The position numbers were made by a program, and so were the translations under genes. A stretch of DNA of 64,000 bases from an uncultured Lentisphaerales bacterium (GTDB lineage: Bacteria; Verrucomicrobiota; Lentisphaeria; JABSQK01; UBA12247), in NCBI GenBank assembly GCA_943788985.1, contig CALSSJ010000026.1, positions 87,744 through 151,743 of the forward strand, read 5' to 3'. This document shows, one piece after another, positions 43,884 through 55,470 of this stretch; within the stretch, counting starts at the first letter, position 1; each line of letters starts with the position of its first letter. Below the pieces are notes generated by a model that was given only the letters and a program-made list of their open reading frames with translations, did no database searches and was not told where the DNA came from.

Positions 43884-45894
43884 TTACTCATACTCGAAGA
43901 CCACGCCTTGGTGCATGGAAAACGGCGGCAAGGTAACCAGTACCGTGCTGTTTTCACGGGTAAGCGGCAGAGACGTGTCTCCCGGGATCAGCCGGGCCGC
44001 AACGATGGCCTCGTCCACGTCGAGCCGCACGGTTACGTCGTGCAGGATGGGAAGATCCTCGATCAACTGCTGATGCCCGGCGGTACCACGCGGGAGAGGC
44101 GGGGCGTACAGCACGTGGGCCACGAACCGCCTCTGGTGCTCCTGCTTGAGCAGGTAGGCCCGCCCGCAGGAGGGCAGGCGGACGTCGAGATAGGTGCGCC
44201 GGCGTAATGCTCGCAAATGATGCAAAACAAGCTCGCGGTGCAGTGCCATAGCATGCTCGCTGTAGCTTTGGCCCAGAGTGTGAGCAAAGTAGACCACACG
44301 GCCCTTGCGCAGAATGGCCGGGGCACCGGAGGCCTCGACCTGAAACGGGGTATTCCGGTGGGAGCAGAAATGGCCAAAGGTGCGGTCAAAGTATGGATCG
44401 TGGATATCGGCAAGGACTTCCGCGTCCTCGGTCGGGCGCACACGCATGCCGGCGTGGTAGTTGAGCAGCGGCGTGGAGACCATCTCGGAGCCCCAGCACT
44501 CGCGGACCCGGGTGTAGTCTACATCGTGTGGCGCAAAGCGTACGAACTCCGCACCGATGTCGATCAGCAGTCGGTCTTCACTGCGATGCAAGGCACTTTC
44601 GCCCAATACCAGGAGCCCACCGCCGCCTGCGACATAGTCGCGCAAGCGTGCGGCGTCTTCGTCATCCAGGCAGCGCGTCCCGCTGAGAATGATCACATCA
44701 TAGTCTGCGAGTGTGTCTGTGGCGGTGACAGCGTCAAAGCCAATCTGCCCTTCCAACAGCATATCGACCACGCCGGACTGGTTGGCCTCGGTGTCCTGAA
44801 CCACCCAGACCCCAGTGGTGGCATGATGTTGGCTGGGCAGGCAATAATCTTCGATAGCAGCAGCATAGCCAAAGGCATCGCCCAAGCGCTCGTAGGTCCC
44901 CACGTCCATTTCACCCTGGGGATGCAGTTGGTCGCCCATGGCTGCGCAGACCCCGTTGCAGAGCATATGAGCAACTTCATAGCGCAGTGCATTGGGATGC
45001 TTAAACCCGCCAAACTCCCCCCAAAGGGTGTTGAATTTTCCACTTTGGGCAATGACCTGTCGGCCCTGCTTCTTAAAGAATCGCGCTCGTAGCGGCAGCT
45101 TGTTGTAGCCGCCCCAGGCATTCGCCAGATCTTCGAGTTCGGCATGGGTATTGAACCGGTAGGTGCCTTCGTCGTAGAGGTATTTGTCTTTGCCGTTCCA
45201 GTAAAGCGTCGCATCGGGACTGGCGGCCTTCGCCAGCTCGCAGCAAGCTTCTTTGAGCGAAGACCACTTGCGCATGTTGTAGCCGTAGACCGCGTGCTCG
45301 TCGTCGATATCGACTCCTTCCTGCGTCATGCCCGCCAGGCAATTCGGGCAGTAGCAATGCTCGACCAGATTGTTGATGTCGTAAAACAGCCCATCGATTG
45401 GGTACTTAGTGCACAACTCGCGGGTCAGTTCGATGATGTGCTCCCGGTACTTGCCGCTCGGGCAAAGGTGGTACCAGCAGCAGGGGGGAATTACCCTCGT
45501 CTGCGGGTCGCCCCTCAATGGGCTTGGTTGACAAGCGCTCTCCGTTCCGATTGCGACAGACCGAGTCCGGATACCAGTGGGCATCGTTGACCGACCAACC
45601 AACCGTGATGTAAAGTGGGCACTCGACTCCAATCTCATGCGCCGCCTCCAGTTGCGCGCCCATCAGGTCAAAGTCCAGGGTCGGGTGTACTCGCCCAACG
45701 GTTGTGGGGTAGTAACACCAGCTGTGATGGCACTTGGCAAACACCGTAATCGAGGTCAAGTTGCCCTGCTTTACAGCTGCTTGAAACGCTTGCTTATTAA
45801 AGCGACTACCGACGTCGGGAAGGTGCTCAGATGTGTGGAAATCAAGATGAACCTGGCGAGTTGGCAGCGGCTTTTCGGTCGTGTAGAAGGTCAT
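43884..45894 (-). CDS. GHL6 / alpha-fucosidase-like glycoside hydrolase with beta-galactosidase trimerisation-like domain; frameshift near 45485
   Basis: 'RQVHLDFHTSE', 'ITVFAKCHHSWCYYPT', 'YPIDGLFYDI', 'GDQLHPQG'; the frame changes at the G run 45483-45488. Confidence 0.8.
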
Positions 45895-46583
45895 CGAAAG
45901 CCTCTAAGTTGGAAAAAGAAAATCATCGGAAAGCGGCCGCATCCGCAAGCCACGACACTGCCCGGGCGGGACGACACAGGCAGTCAACGCAGGACCCACA
46001 ATGCGCGCCAATCCCGGGCGTTATCGTGCATCGTACTCCGCAATCGTCAACCAGCGCACGATTTGCTTCAGGCGTGAACTGGACAATATAACGGCGCCGC
46101 TTACTCGTGCAAGCAAGCAGTGCCCTGGCAAGAACCGTTCTGACTGTAGCCGTAGCGCTAACCGCGTGTACCTCTCTCACGCGCACGCACCCGCTTCGTG
46201 AGCGAACGCCACACGCCCCAAGCCCAACTACATCGAGAACTGAGACGTGAACTACACCGCAACCAGTCCAGTCAACAATCATATCGTTGCCTTCCTAGTG
46301 GCTACATGTCACGCATTTCGATGTGGTTCACGCCTCAGGTCACGATGTGGTTTCTGCGGACGGGGTAGTTCCCCTGTCAAGAGTTCAGGCGTTCAACTCA
46401 AATACCCCCTCACTGCGTAACGCGGTGAGTTCTGATGCCCCGTCCCAGGTGCCGTCCAATTCTCACGGGCGAGATTGCCTGATCGAGCATGCGCACTAGT
46501 GTCCTGTCCGTCACTTATGATGGGACGTCTCATCGGGCATCATCTCATAGAATTACGCATTGAACCAAGACTCAGGATACGGT

Positions 46584-48413
46584 ATGGAATACCACGTCGC
46601 CCAATCCGGACATGACCAGAATCCCGGCACCGAGGAAGCGCCGTTGCGCACCATTCAGGCCGCTGCACATGCTGCGCATCCCGGAGATATAGTCACCGTT
46701 CATCAGGGCATCTATCGCGAACGGGTCGATCCGCCCCGTGGCGGTCTGTCAGACGATCAACGGATCGTGTACCGGGCTGCACCGGGCGAAGACGTCGCGA
46801 TTAAGGGCTCTGAGGTCGTTACCGGATGGAAACAGGTCGATGGCAACGTCTGGATGGTCTCCTTTCCCAACACGCACTTCGGGGCCTTCAACCCGTTTGC
46901 CAACCTGATCACTGGCGACTGGTTCTTCCCCCAGGGAAGGGCGCACCATACCGGTGCCGTTTTCATCAACGACGTCGCGCTCAATGAGCTGGCGACCCTG
47001 GACAGCCTATTTCAAGGGGCGGCCCGCGGTTGGTTTGCGAAGAGCACCACGCTTGAGACCAAGATCTGGGCCAGTTTCGGAGATGCTGACCCAAATCAGG
47101 AGTTGGTCGAGATCAACCAGCGCCGCACCGTGTTCTACCCCTCCCGCCCCGGCATCAACTACCTCACCGTCCGAGGATTCACCCTGAGTCAGGCGGCGAC
47201 GCCGTGGTCACCGCCCACCACGGAGCAAATCGGCTTAATCGGCGTGAATTGGAGTAAGGGGTGGATCATTGAAGAAAACACCATCACCCACTCGCGCTGC
47301 ACAGGCCTGACGCTCGGCAAGTATTTCGATCGCGAAGACGGGCTGATCGAGTATGGCTACAATGCCCACTATCAGAGCGTCGAGCGTGTCATCGCCCGCG
47401 GCGAGTGGACCCGGGAGCAGATCGGACACCACATCATTCGCAACAACCACATCGCCTATTGCGAGCAAGCTGGCATCGTGGGCAGTCATGGCGCGGTTTT
47501 CTGTACCATCACCGGTAACGTCATCCACGACATCCATGTCCGGCAACTCTTTGGCGGCTTCGAGCAGGCGGGAATCAAACTGCACGCACCGGTCGACACC
47601 GTGATCAGCAACAACCTGATCTACAACTGCAACATGGCGGTCTGGCTCGATTGGATGACGCAGGGCGCCCGGGTCAGCAGTAACCTCATGTATGGCAACA
47701 AAAACTGGGATCTCTTTGTCGAAATCAGCCATGGCCCGTACCTGATCGATAACAACTGGCTGATGTCCGACGTGTCACTCCTGGATTCCGCCCAAGGGGG
47801 CGCCTACGCCCACAACGTGTTTGGCGGCCTGATCCGCCAGCGCCCCCGAACGCGAGCGAAGCACCCAGTACTTCAAGCCCCACACGCTTGAGTTGGACGG
47901 TGAGGGCAAAGTGCTCGACGGAGACGAGCGGTTCTACAACAACATCGTCATGCATGAAAGCGGCATGCAAAGCTACAATACCAACGAGGAACCCCTCTGG
48001 ATCGACGGCAAACGTCTTTCTCTACCGGGGCTCGGCCCAGCACGCTCGAGACCACCCCCCTCTGCGACACAGAAGCAGAGACGCGCTTTCAGATCACCAA
48101 CAACGGCACAGACGTGACCCTGAATCTTCCGCTCAAACGCGCCTGGCAACAACGCCGCTGCAAACTGATAACGACGGAGGTGCTCGGCAAGACGCAGCTC
48201 GTCGGTCAGGGCTTTGACAACCCAGATGGCAGCGACATCAGGCTTGATACGGACTACTTTGGCGAACCACGCAACCCCGAGAGCCCCTTTCCCGGTCCCT
48301 GCGAACTTTCCTGCGACATCGACTGCATCAAGCTTTGGCCGCCAAGCGACACTGTACGAAGCGTCAAGGCCGCTGCGCAAGAGACAGAAGAGCTTGAGAT
48401 CGAACCGCGGTGA
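46584..48413 (+). CDS. GH120-like (beta-xylosidase-type) right-handed beta-helix protein; frameshifts in the 3' part
   Basis: 'YHVAQSGHDQNPGT..APLRTIQAAA', 'FNPF..I.GDWF', 'ATPWSPPTTEQIGLIG.NWSKGWIIEEN', 'GIKLHAP', 'FVEISHGP'; the C-terminal 'FDNPDGSDIRLDTDYFG' is in another frame. Confidence 0.8.
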
Positions 48414-48792
48414 CGCGATGCCGATATGGCGCTCACTGAAAGTTTTGTGGCGGGCACAGGTGGACTTTCCGAAATTCACGAGCTCCGTATCACTCACTTG
48501 GGCATCGAGATCGCCGATGCACCACACCCGCCGACGGCAGATACCATCCCAGCATACGGGTCCGTACGGAGCAGTTCGGCTGATCTAGGGCTCTTGATAG
48601 ACCGCTCTCCCAAGTCGTCCTGCATGCTCCATGCACAGTTGAACTGAACAGAGGCTGTCGTGCAGATTTCGGTGATTGACGGGCGCATATTGGACATAAT
48701 GTGCAACCAGAATCGCCGGCAAAATGCGCAATTTGAGACGGTTTTCGCAGCCGGCGCGGCTAAGGTCCGACAGACTGCTAGTGGTGGCACTA

Positions 48793-50718
48793 CTAGCGGC
48801 CTGTCATCTGTGAGGGCGGACAGAGGAGTACGGAGTACTCGCAGAGGCTGGGCGAGTTCTCGATACGCAGCAAGAGTGTATTGAAGCCCTGCGCGAACTG
48901 GACCAGGCGAAATCCCTCGCCGAGGTGCCAGCCGCTGAGACCATGATCTTCCCAGACGAGTTTGTCGTTGAGCCAGAGCCGGGCAGCATCGTCCGTGCCG
49001 ACGGCGATGTACATGTCCATGGCAGTCTCGCAGTGGACCTCGGTGAACGCGTAGTAGGTGGCGTGATTGACTTCCTGCGGTGGGGTGATCCGCATGATGT
49101 CGCTCTGAATGAACTGCCAGCGTAGCGGATACCGCTCACCGCTGGCCCGATTCTTGACCTTGCCATCAACGTACTCGCGGTCGAGATCGACGTGGATTTC
49201 GGGTGGGTGCTTGTGGGTATAGTCGAGTTTGCCATGGTTTTCCCATGGGCCAATGACATACCAGGTGTCAATGAACAGCCAACCACGACGTTGGCTCTGT
49301 TGGTGAAAGCGCCGGCCAGGCAGAGCTCTGGCCTTGATGTCCTCCAGTGGCACACGCAGGCGCAGACCATTGCTCCGGGTACGAGCCTGAATGCGTGAGT
49401 TCTGGAACCCCGTGGCGGTGCCGCTGTCGCTGGCGCTGTACTTGCTGCGCCCACTGCCTTGCTTGCCGCCCTTGGGCGGCTGGGTGCGAAAGGCATCTGC
49501 CGTGTTGGCCGCTGAGCGCGGCGACGCTTGAAGGACCATGCTACGCGCGGCCATCCAGCGCGCAGTGACCAGCTGGCCAAGCGCGCCAAGGCCTTGCCGA
49601 TAGCGATTCAGCTCGCCTACGGTTGTATGGGGCGATGCGCCGTCGGCGGAACGCTGGTCGTTCTCGCTCTGGGTATTGCCCGGAGAAGGCAGGGTGTTCG
49701 GCGTGGGCGGCGGATTCTGGCCAGCGGCTGCCTGAGCTTCATTGACGCCAGCGAGCGCGTCTTGAAACGACCGCTGCTCGATACGGGCAATTTGAGCGGC
49801 CCGCAACTGGTTGAAGTCGTCGGTGATTTGAGCGTCCAGAGCCGCGGCTCGATCGGCCATCTCTGCGAGTGACAGTGCATTCATGGGATCGGCCGGGGGC
49901 AGACTGCTGGGGCTGTGCTCAGGAATCTCATTGAAGGGGTCCAGATCCGCGGTATCGAAGCTATACGCGAGAAGTTTGCTCTGGAACTGCTCGAGCTTGT
50001 GCAGCACACCTGAGGCATCGTGGATCAGGAGTCCAAATCGTGTGGCCGCTTGTTCTGTGCCATGCGCCTCCCGAAATTCAGCTGCCTGTGCCAGAGCTGG
50101 CTGCAAGAGGGCGAACAGGCCTACAGTCTGTTGTTGCAGAGCCGCGTGGCCCACTGCGGTCGGCGCTGTCACAAAGTCGATGGTTTGCGCTTTCAAGGCT
50201 TGGCAGCGACCGAAGGCCGCCCCGCCAACAGGCTGGCGCGTGCGATTACGCAGCGCCACGGCGTTGACCATGATGGCATCCACGAGGGTCAGAAGATCGC
50301 TCGCCACGGGCTTATTCAGGTCGGCCAGCGAGCGGTCCTTCAGCGTCTCCAGGGCGCGTAGCTTCTCTCCGGCCACGTGTTGCTGCATCTCGCGCATCTC
50401 GGTCAGCTTGCGACGAGCCTTCGCCTCCTCCTTCTTGCGCGCCTCGCGCTTGAGCGTCTCAGCATCATCCTTGCGAATGACGGTCTTCTGCCGCCGCTCG
50501 TGCTCTTCTTTCACTCTCCTGCGGTTGCGCGCATCAAGCTGCTCATGGTGCTTCCTGGCCTGCTCCGCATCAAAGGAAATTATGGTTCTGCGGAGCGGCT
50601 CGCAGCACCAGAAGAGCACCACAAGCGCGAGCTGTACGAGCACAGAAATGCACAGAATCCTGCGCAGCGGCGGACGCCCGTGACAACGTACGCGACGGCT
50701 ATCGGTTGTAATGTTCAT
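48793..50718 (-). CDS. Single-TM coiled-coil protein with C-terminal PA14-like/carbohydrate-binding-like domain
   Basis: N-terminal TM, long charged helical region, Pro-rich linker; C-terminal 'DTWYVIGPW...YYAFTEV...GTDDAARLWLND...GFNTLLLRIEN'. Confidence 0.7.
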   Translation of the reverse strand: MNITTDSRRVRCHGRPPLRRILCISVLVQLALVVLFWCCEPLRRTIISFDAEQARKHHEQLDARNRRRVKEEHERRQKTVIRKDDAETLKREARKKEEAKARRKLTEMREMQQHVAGEKLRALETLKDRSLADLNKPVASDLLTLVDAIMVNAVALRNRTRQPVGGAAFGRCQALKAQTIDFVTAPTAVGHAALQQQTVGLFALLQPALAQAAEFREAHGTEQAATRFGLLIHDASGVLHKLEQFQSKLLAYSFDTADLDPFNEIPEHSPSSLPPADPMNALSLAEMADRAAALDAQITDDFNQLRAAQIARIEQRSFQDALAGVNEAQAAAGQNPPPTPNTLPSPGNTQSENDQRSADGASPHTTVGELNRYRQGLGALGQLVTARWMAARSMVLQASPRSAANTADAFRTQPPKGGKQGSGRSKYSASDSGTATGFQNSRIQARTRSNGLRLRVPLEDIKARALPGRRFHQQSQRRGWLFIDTWYVIGPWENHGKLDYTHKHPPEIHVDLDREYVDGKVKNRASGERYPLRWQFIQSDIMRITPPQEVNHATYYAFTEVHCETAMDMYIAVGTDDAARLWLNDKLVWEDHGLSGWHLGEGFRLVQFAQGFNTLLLRIENSPSLCEYSVLLCPPSQMTGR

Positions 50719-51118
50719 CGTAGGTCCGGATTCCGACGTTGCTCAGGGCATTGAACTGGCACAGGTCAAGGATCTCTACGACCTTATGGACAGGCGTCGC
50801 CTGATCGGCGTCCAGGCGAATGACCTGGTCTGGATTGCGAAGCGCAATCTCGCGCAGTTCGGCGTGCAGCTGATTCAAACTCGTCTGCTGCCCATCGCGG
50901 TATACAGCTCCCTCCCGATCAAGGCCAATGACCAGATGCTCGTCTCGAGGCAACTGCTTCTCGGCCGAAACAGACTCAGGCAGCACGATATCAATGTCGC
51001 GCTGCTCTTTACGGGTCATGGTCGAGACCAGGAAGAAGATCAACAGTAAAAAGACACAGTCGATCAGGGGGGACAGTGAGACCTCTGCCCGTTCGTCATC
51101 ATCGCGCGGGATGCCCAT
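50699..51118 (-). CDS. ExbD/TolR family protein
   Basis: 'LSPLIDCVFLLLIFFLVST', 'IRLDADQAT'. Confidence 0.92.
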   Translation of the reverse strand: MGIPRDDDERAEVSLSPLIDCVFLLLIFFLVSTMTRKEQRDIDIVLPESVSAEKQLPRDEHLVIGLDREGAVYRDGQQTSLNQLHAELREIALRNPDQVIRLDADQATPVHKVVEILDLCQFNALSNVGIRTYDEHYNR

Positions 51119-51120
51119 GG

Positions 51121-51591
51121 CTAGCGAGACTCCTGAAGCGCTGGCCGAATCTTGACCGAAACATTACTGAAGCCCTGTAGCTTACAGATGTCGAGCGCGT
51201 CGATCGCCTGCTGGAAGGGGGTCTGGCGATGCGCGTTGATCTGCAGTGGCTGCGCCATGACATCCTGCCCATTGGCTGCGACGGCTTGCTTCAAGTAGGC
51301 TGCGAGGTCGGCCACAGGTTGCCAGACGATGCTGCCGTCCGCGTCGGTTCCCGACTCCGGGGCCAGGACACCGCCGTGTCGATCCAGACCGATGACCATG
51401 GTCACCTCACGGTGTGCTGCTGCAACCGCCGAGGCCGTCTCAGGCATGTTGACCTGGATCTGCTTTTCCTTGCGCTTGATGATGGTGGTCACCAGGAAGA
51501 AGATCAGCAACAGGAAGACGCAGTCGATCAGCGGAGACAGTGGGACCTCAGCCTCGTCCGTCGCGGGAGAATGTCTTCGCCTACGGCGCAC
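51121..51591 (-). CDS. ExbD/TolR family protein
   Basis: 'LSPLIDCVFLLLIFFLVTT'; likely GTG start at 51591. Confidence 0.9.
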   Translation of the reverse strand: MRRRRRHSPATDEAEVPLSPLIDCVFLLLIFFLVTTIIKRKEKQIQVNMPETASAVAAAHREVTMVIGLDRHGGVLAPESGTDADGSIVWQPVADLAAYLKQAVAANGQDVMAQPLQINAHRQTPFQQAIDALDICKLQGFSNVSVKIRPALQESR

Positions 51592-51601
51592 ACGCGACCT
51601 C

Positions 51602-52357
51602 TTACTCGGACTCGGATGCAGGCTCGGGCTCGACCTTCCGTGGCCGGAGCAGCCAGCTATTGACCAAGTACTCCAGTTCCTCTTCGAGAGTCTCAGCCAG
51701 CAGGTTGAGCCGATATTTGAGCGCATGGTAGATGGCCAGCGAGGGGATGGCGATAATGAGGCCCACGGCCGTGGTGATCAGAGCCTTGGAAATGCTGCCT
51801 GCAAGCATGGAAGCACCCCCATCATCACCGTAAATTTCGACCAGCTTGAATGACTCGATCATGCCGATCATGGTGCCGAGAAGTCCGAGCAGCGGCGCCA
51901 GAGCAGCCACCACGGCTAGCGAGAATGCTTTCTGGCTGTGGGTCCGGATCTCGCGGCTGGCGATATCCTGTGCACCGGGAATGAGCAGGCCCGGATCGGC
52001 GTCGCGATGATGCGTCAGGTAGGCGACCATGCGTGCCAGCGTACATGGGGTTTTCTCGCACAGCGCCAGAATGCCATCATAGTCCTGGTTATGCCACAGC
52101 GGTTCGACCTCCTCGGCGAAGCCCCAGGGGGCGAGGTATTTGCGACGCAGCGCCAGCAGGCGTTCCACGGCAAAAGTGATGCCCGCCATTAGCAGGGCAA
52201 TGAGCGCGATGGCAGTGAGACCGCCTTTGCGGAGTTCGGCCAGCCAATCGACCTGAGCCTGGATCAGCTCGGCAGGCGTATCGGCCGCCGCGGCATACCC
52301 GGCCAGCAGGCCAAGAAAAAGTGCAAGACCATGGTAAGATGTCTGCTTCAAGCGCAT
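51602..52357 (-). CDS. MotA/TolQ/ExbB proton channel family protein
   Basis: AGGAGG RBS; 'APLLGLLGTMIGMIESF', 'ISKALITTAVGLIIAIP'. Confidence 0.93.
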   Translation of the reverse strand: MRLKQTSYHGLALFLGLLAGYAAAADTPAELIQAQVDWLAELRKGGLTAIALIALLMAGITFAVERLLALRRKYLAPWGFAEEVEPLWHNQDYDGILALCEKTPCTLARMVAYLTHHRDADPGLLIPGAQDIASREIRTHSQKAFSLAVVAALAPLLGLLGTMIGMIESFKLVEIYGDDGGASMLAGSISKALITTAVGLIIAIPSLAIYHALKYRLNLLAETLEEELEYLVNSWLLRPRKVEPEPASESE

Positions 52358-52387
52358 GCGCCTCCTGTGTGTTGAATCCTCCACGCG

Positions 52388-54187
52388 TCAGTCACCGGCA
52401 ACAAAGCGGATGTCATCCAGATAAAAGGTGACTGGCTGCCCCTGGCCGGCCAGCACCCAGGCAAACCCCGATTTGATGCGGCTGAGATCACGGCCATCGA
52501 GCGGCACTCGCAGCCGCTGCCAGTCTGTACGCAGCCGCACAGCCTTGAGTTCTGCCTGCGCCGTGTCTGGATACGGTTTGTCAGGACCAATCATGCCGAC
52601 ATGGAACGAAACCACCTCGCCACCGCGGGCGCCACGTGCATAGAACTCAAGCTCGGTCGCCCCCGTGAAATCAAAGCCCCCGGGCTGGTCCCCCCAGTCA
52701 TTCGGCGGCGATTGCCAGACCACGCCGCCCCAGCCGTCGGCCTTTGCGTAGTCCACCCGGATGCAGTGGGCGCCATCATGAGGCGTCTCTGTGCAGCGAA
52801 CGTCCATCGTGATCGCGGTGGTTTCGCCCATGTAGCCGGAGCACGCATACGCAGATTCATCCGGCCCCTCTGCGTAGATTTGGTAGGGCAAGGGGCCGCT
52901 GGGGGCCGGCACGGGCAGAACTGGGCCGTCTACTTGGAGCGGTAGATTGGCAACCGCCGCGTTTCCCTGACCATCATGCACATAGACAAAGAGCCGATAG
53001 CTGCCGCCGCTTTCCGGCAACCGCACCGTGGCCGTCCTCTCTTCTGTGGCAATGATCGCCTCCGGGTACTCGGGTTGCTCTGCCTGGGCGTCCCCCCCCG
53101 TGGCGTAGAGTCCTGATTCACGGCGCAGCACCCAGCGCAGCTGCAAGGCATCTCCATCCGGGTCTTCAGCCACAACGGTAGCAGTAAATTCCGTTCCAGG
53201 CGGCGCAGACGCCGAACCAGTGAGTGCCAGCTCTGCAATCGTGGGACAGCGATTCTCCGGAGCCGGCCCTCCCCATGCCTGGCGCATCGCCTCCACTGCA
53301 CCCAAGCGGTCACCAAGTTCCTCTCCCTGCCGCAGAAACATCCCAAACCAAGTCGCTGTTGCTTCCTGCTTGGCTCCCCAGACAAAAGCGTAGGAGCCCA
53401 GGCAAATGCCAGGATGAGCGGCAATGCCATCGCGGTAGCCATTGCTGTACCACTCGGCTTTTGCCGTACTGGTCATCTCCAGTGGTGCCCCCCACGCGGT
53501 CTTGCCGGTCTCCCATTGTCCGGGCGGACCAAACTCTGTAACCACATACGGCTTGCTGCCGCCGGCCTCGCGGTAGCGCTGGCCCACCGAGCTAAGGCCG
53601 CCATAGCTATTGATCCCCACGACATCCACGTCGGGACAGAAACGGTGCACATTCGCCACCTTACGGCCGCCTAATTCGGCAATGATCGTGATCGTCGGGT
53701 GGCTCGGATCCAACTCCTTGGCGCGGCGTGCGATGTGATTGACCGCGTACCAGATCGCCGGATTGTTGCCATCCTCCTCCATTTCGTTGCCCACGCCCCA
53801 CATCAGCAGAGCTGGGTGGTTGCGGTAGCGCACGATTGCGGACTCCGCAGCCTTGAGTTGGCGGCTGACTTGCTGGTCATCGGTGTAGTCAAAGCCGTGG
53901 CGCGGGTGGCCCAGCCAGATGCCCACCGTAACCGATAGCCCCAAGGCATGGGCGCGGTCCAACAGCGGCTCCAGGTTGTCCGTTCCCCAGGTGCGAATCG
54001 AATTGCCTCCGCAGGCAGCCAATTCCTCCAGGCGTTCGGAGCCGCCAGCGCCATTGACAACATATGGCTCCCCACCGCGCAACAGGGTGTACTGGCCCCC
54101 ATTCTGGACCAGCCGGACTTCGGTTGCGTGCATCGCAGCACTCATCAAGACGAACAGCAGGATAGATCGGTACAAAGCATGTCTCAC
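52388..54187 (-). CDS. GH2-like TIM-barrel glycoside hydrolase with C-terminal CBM-like domain
   Basis: 'GGNSIRTWG', 'HPALLMWGVGNEME', 'YVVTEFGP', 'KQEATATWFG'; C-terminal 'WGGVVWQSPPNDWG...FYLDDIRF'. GTGA overlap with the LacI stop. Confidence 0.85.
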   Translation of the reverse strand: MRHALYRSILLFVLMSAAMHATEVRLVQNGGQYTLLRGGEPYVVNGAGGSERLEELAACGGNSIRTWGTDNLEPLLDRAHALGLSVTVGIWLGHPRHGFDYTDDQQVSRQLKAAESAIVRYRNHPALLMWGVGNEMEEDGNNPAIWYAVNHIARRAKELDPSHPTITIIAELGGRKVANVHRFCPDVDVVGINSYGGLSSVGQRYREAGGSKPYVVTEFGPPGQWETGKTAWGAPLEMTSTAKAEWYSNGYRDGIAAHPGICLGSYAFVWGAKQEATATWFGMFLRQGEELGDRLGAVEAMRQAWGGPAPENRCPTIAELALTGSASAPPGTEFTATVVAEDPDGDALQLRWVLRRESGLYATGGDAQAEQPEYPEAIIATEERTATVRLPESGGSYRLFVYVHDGQGNAAVANLPLQVDGPVLPVPAPSGPLPYQIYAEGPDESAYACSGYMGETTAITMDVRCTETPHDGAHCIRVDYAKADGWGGVVWQSPPNDWGDQPGGFDFTGATELEFYARGARGGEVVSFHVGMIGPDKPYPDTAQAELKAVRLRTDWQRLRVPLDGRDLSRIKSGFAWVLAGQGQPVTFYLDDIRFVAGD

Positions 54188-55200
54188 AGCATTGGGTTCA
54201 CGGCAGAGGATGGGGGGCAAGAATACGCCCGGACAGAGTGACGGCTGATCAGGCTGGCGGGAAGAACGACCTGCTGAGGCGGCACATCTGGGTTCTCACG
54301 CAAACTCTCGACCAACTGCACCACACGTTCCGCAACCAGATCCGTATTGCCATCGACCGTGGTCATGGGAGGCTGCGTATAGCGACTTACCTCCGGACAC
54401 TCGAAGCCGATCACGGAAAGGTCATCCGGCACGCGACGATTCAGCCGATACAACGCATGCGTGGCAGGAAGCAACAGGTCCTCGCTGCAAATCACCAGTG
54501 CCGTAGGATCCTCCAGCAGCAGGTCAGAAAGCTTCGCCAGCAACGGCGCCAGATCACCGCCGGCAGTCCAGTCTTCCCGGCTGATCACCAGGGCTGGATC
54601 GGGTGCAACGCCCGCGGCTCTCAGGGCCTCGCAGTAGCCCGCGTAGCGTTCTCGGTCCGACCAGCAGTTCTCGTGATACCGTAACAGCCCGATGCGCGTG
54701 TGCCCCTGAGCCAGAAGGTGCTCTACCGCCAATGCAGTTCCCTGTCGATGATTGGCATAAACGCAATGAAAATATTCCGAGTAGTCATTGAGCACAATCA
54801 CCGGCGCATTGCTCAGTTGGTGCAATAGCTTGCGACAATGAGTAGACCAGACCAATGCCAGCACAGCTTCCGTATATTGACGGCTCAAATGTAACATATC
54901 CAATGACTCGATCGGAATCACGTCTGGCCGCAGCCCAGCCGCAGCCAGACGCGTCACCACCGGCCCAATCATCGCGGCGTGGTATTTGCTCATCCTCAGA
55001 TCGGCGAACCCTTCCACCAGCATTGTCACCTGCCCCCGCCGTGCCGACCGATTGGCCGTATAGCCCAACTCCTCTGCCACGCGAAGAACCCGCCGCCTTA
55101 GCGCTGCACTTACATTCGGGTGTTGGTTCAAGACCCGTGACACCGTCGCCAGTGACACCTCCGCCAACTTCGCAATATCACGAACCCCTGCCTTGGCCAT
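54184..55200 (-). CDS. LacI family transcriptional regulator
   Basis: 'VRDIAKLAEVSLATVSRVLN...LGY', 'VPDDLSVIGF', 'PPMTTV'. Confidence 0.95.
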   Translation of the reverse strand: MAKAGVRDIAKLAEVSLATVSRVLNQHPNVSAALRRRVLRVAEELGYTANRSARRGQVTMLVEGFADLRMSKYHAAMIGPVVTRLAAAGLRPDVIPIESLDMLHLSRQYTEAVLALVWSTHCRKLLHQLSNAPVIVLNDYSEYFHCVYANHRQGTALAVEHLLAQGHTRIGLLRYHENCWSDRERYAGYCEALRAAGVAPDPALVISREDWTAGGDLAPLLAKLSDLLLEDPTALVICSEDLLLPATHALYRLNRRVPDDLSVIGFECPEVSRYTQPPMTTVDGNTDLVAERVVQLVESLRENPDVPPQQVVLPASLISRHSVRAYSCPPSSAVNPML

Positions 55201-55223
55201 TATGATGCGACTCGCCGTGTTAT

Positions 55224-55267
55224 TGAAAATGTTTCAGGAACGCTATGTGGAAGCGGCCGCTTGTCAA
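55224..55267 (-). promoter_or_regulatory. Putative promoter (TTGACA-16 bp-TAGCGT) and LacI-type operator TGAAAATGTTTCA (55224-55236)
   Basis: Near-palindrome just downstream of the -10 box and upstream of the lacI start. Confidence 0.55.
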
Positions 55268-55310
55268 CACAAGCCGTCACTTGTTCAACAGATACAAAAT
55301 CTTCTCCTCT

Positions 55311-55470
55311 TTCTCTGCGCTCTCGGTGCCCTCTGTGGTGCAAATCTTACGTCACCTGGCGGCCCGCAGTCTCCCCCAGCCCTTCCTGTCCTTCCTACCT
55401 TCCTGTAAAAGACATCCCCCCCCCAAAAAAAGGAGACCTTTCACCACAGAGCACTCAGAAGACACGGAGG
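55311..55470. repeat. Cluster of REP-like palindrome half-elements with 9-bp periodicity
   Basis: 'ttctctgcgctctcggtgccctctgtggtg', 'cttcctgtccttcctaccttcctgtaa', 'caccacagagcactcagaagacacggag'; ctctgtggtg and caccacagag are inverted. Confidence 0.6.

Noticed and set aside
45900..46560. Possible ncRNA or small ORF in the long divergent intergenic region
   Set aside because: No recognisable RNA motif or convincing ORF by eye; an Rfam scan would be needed.
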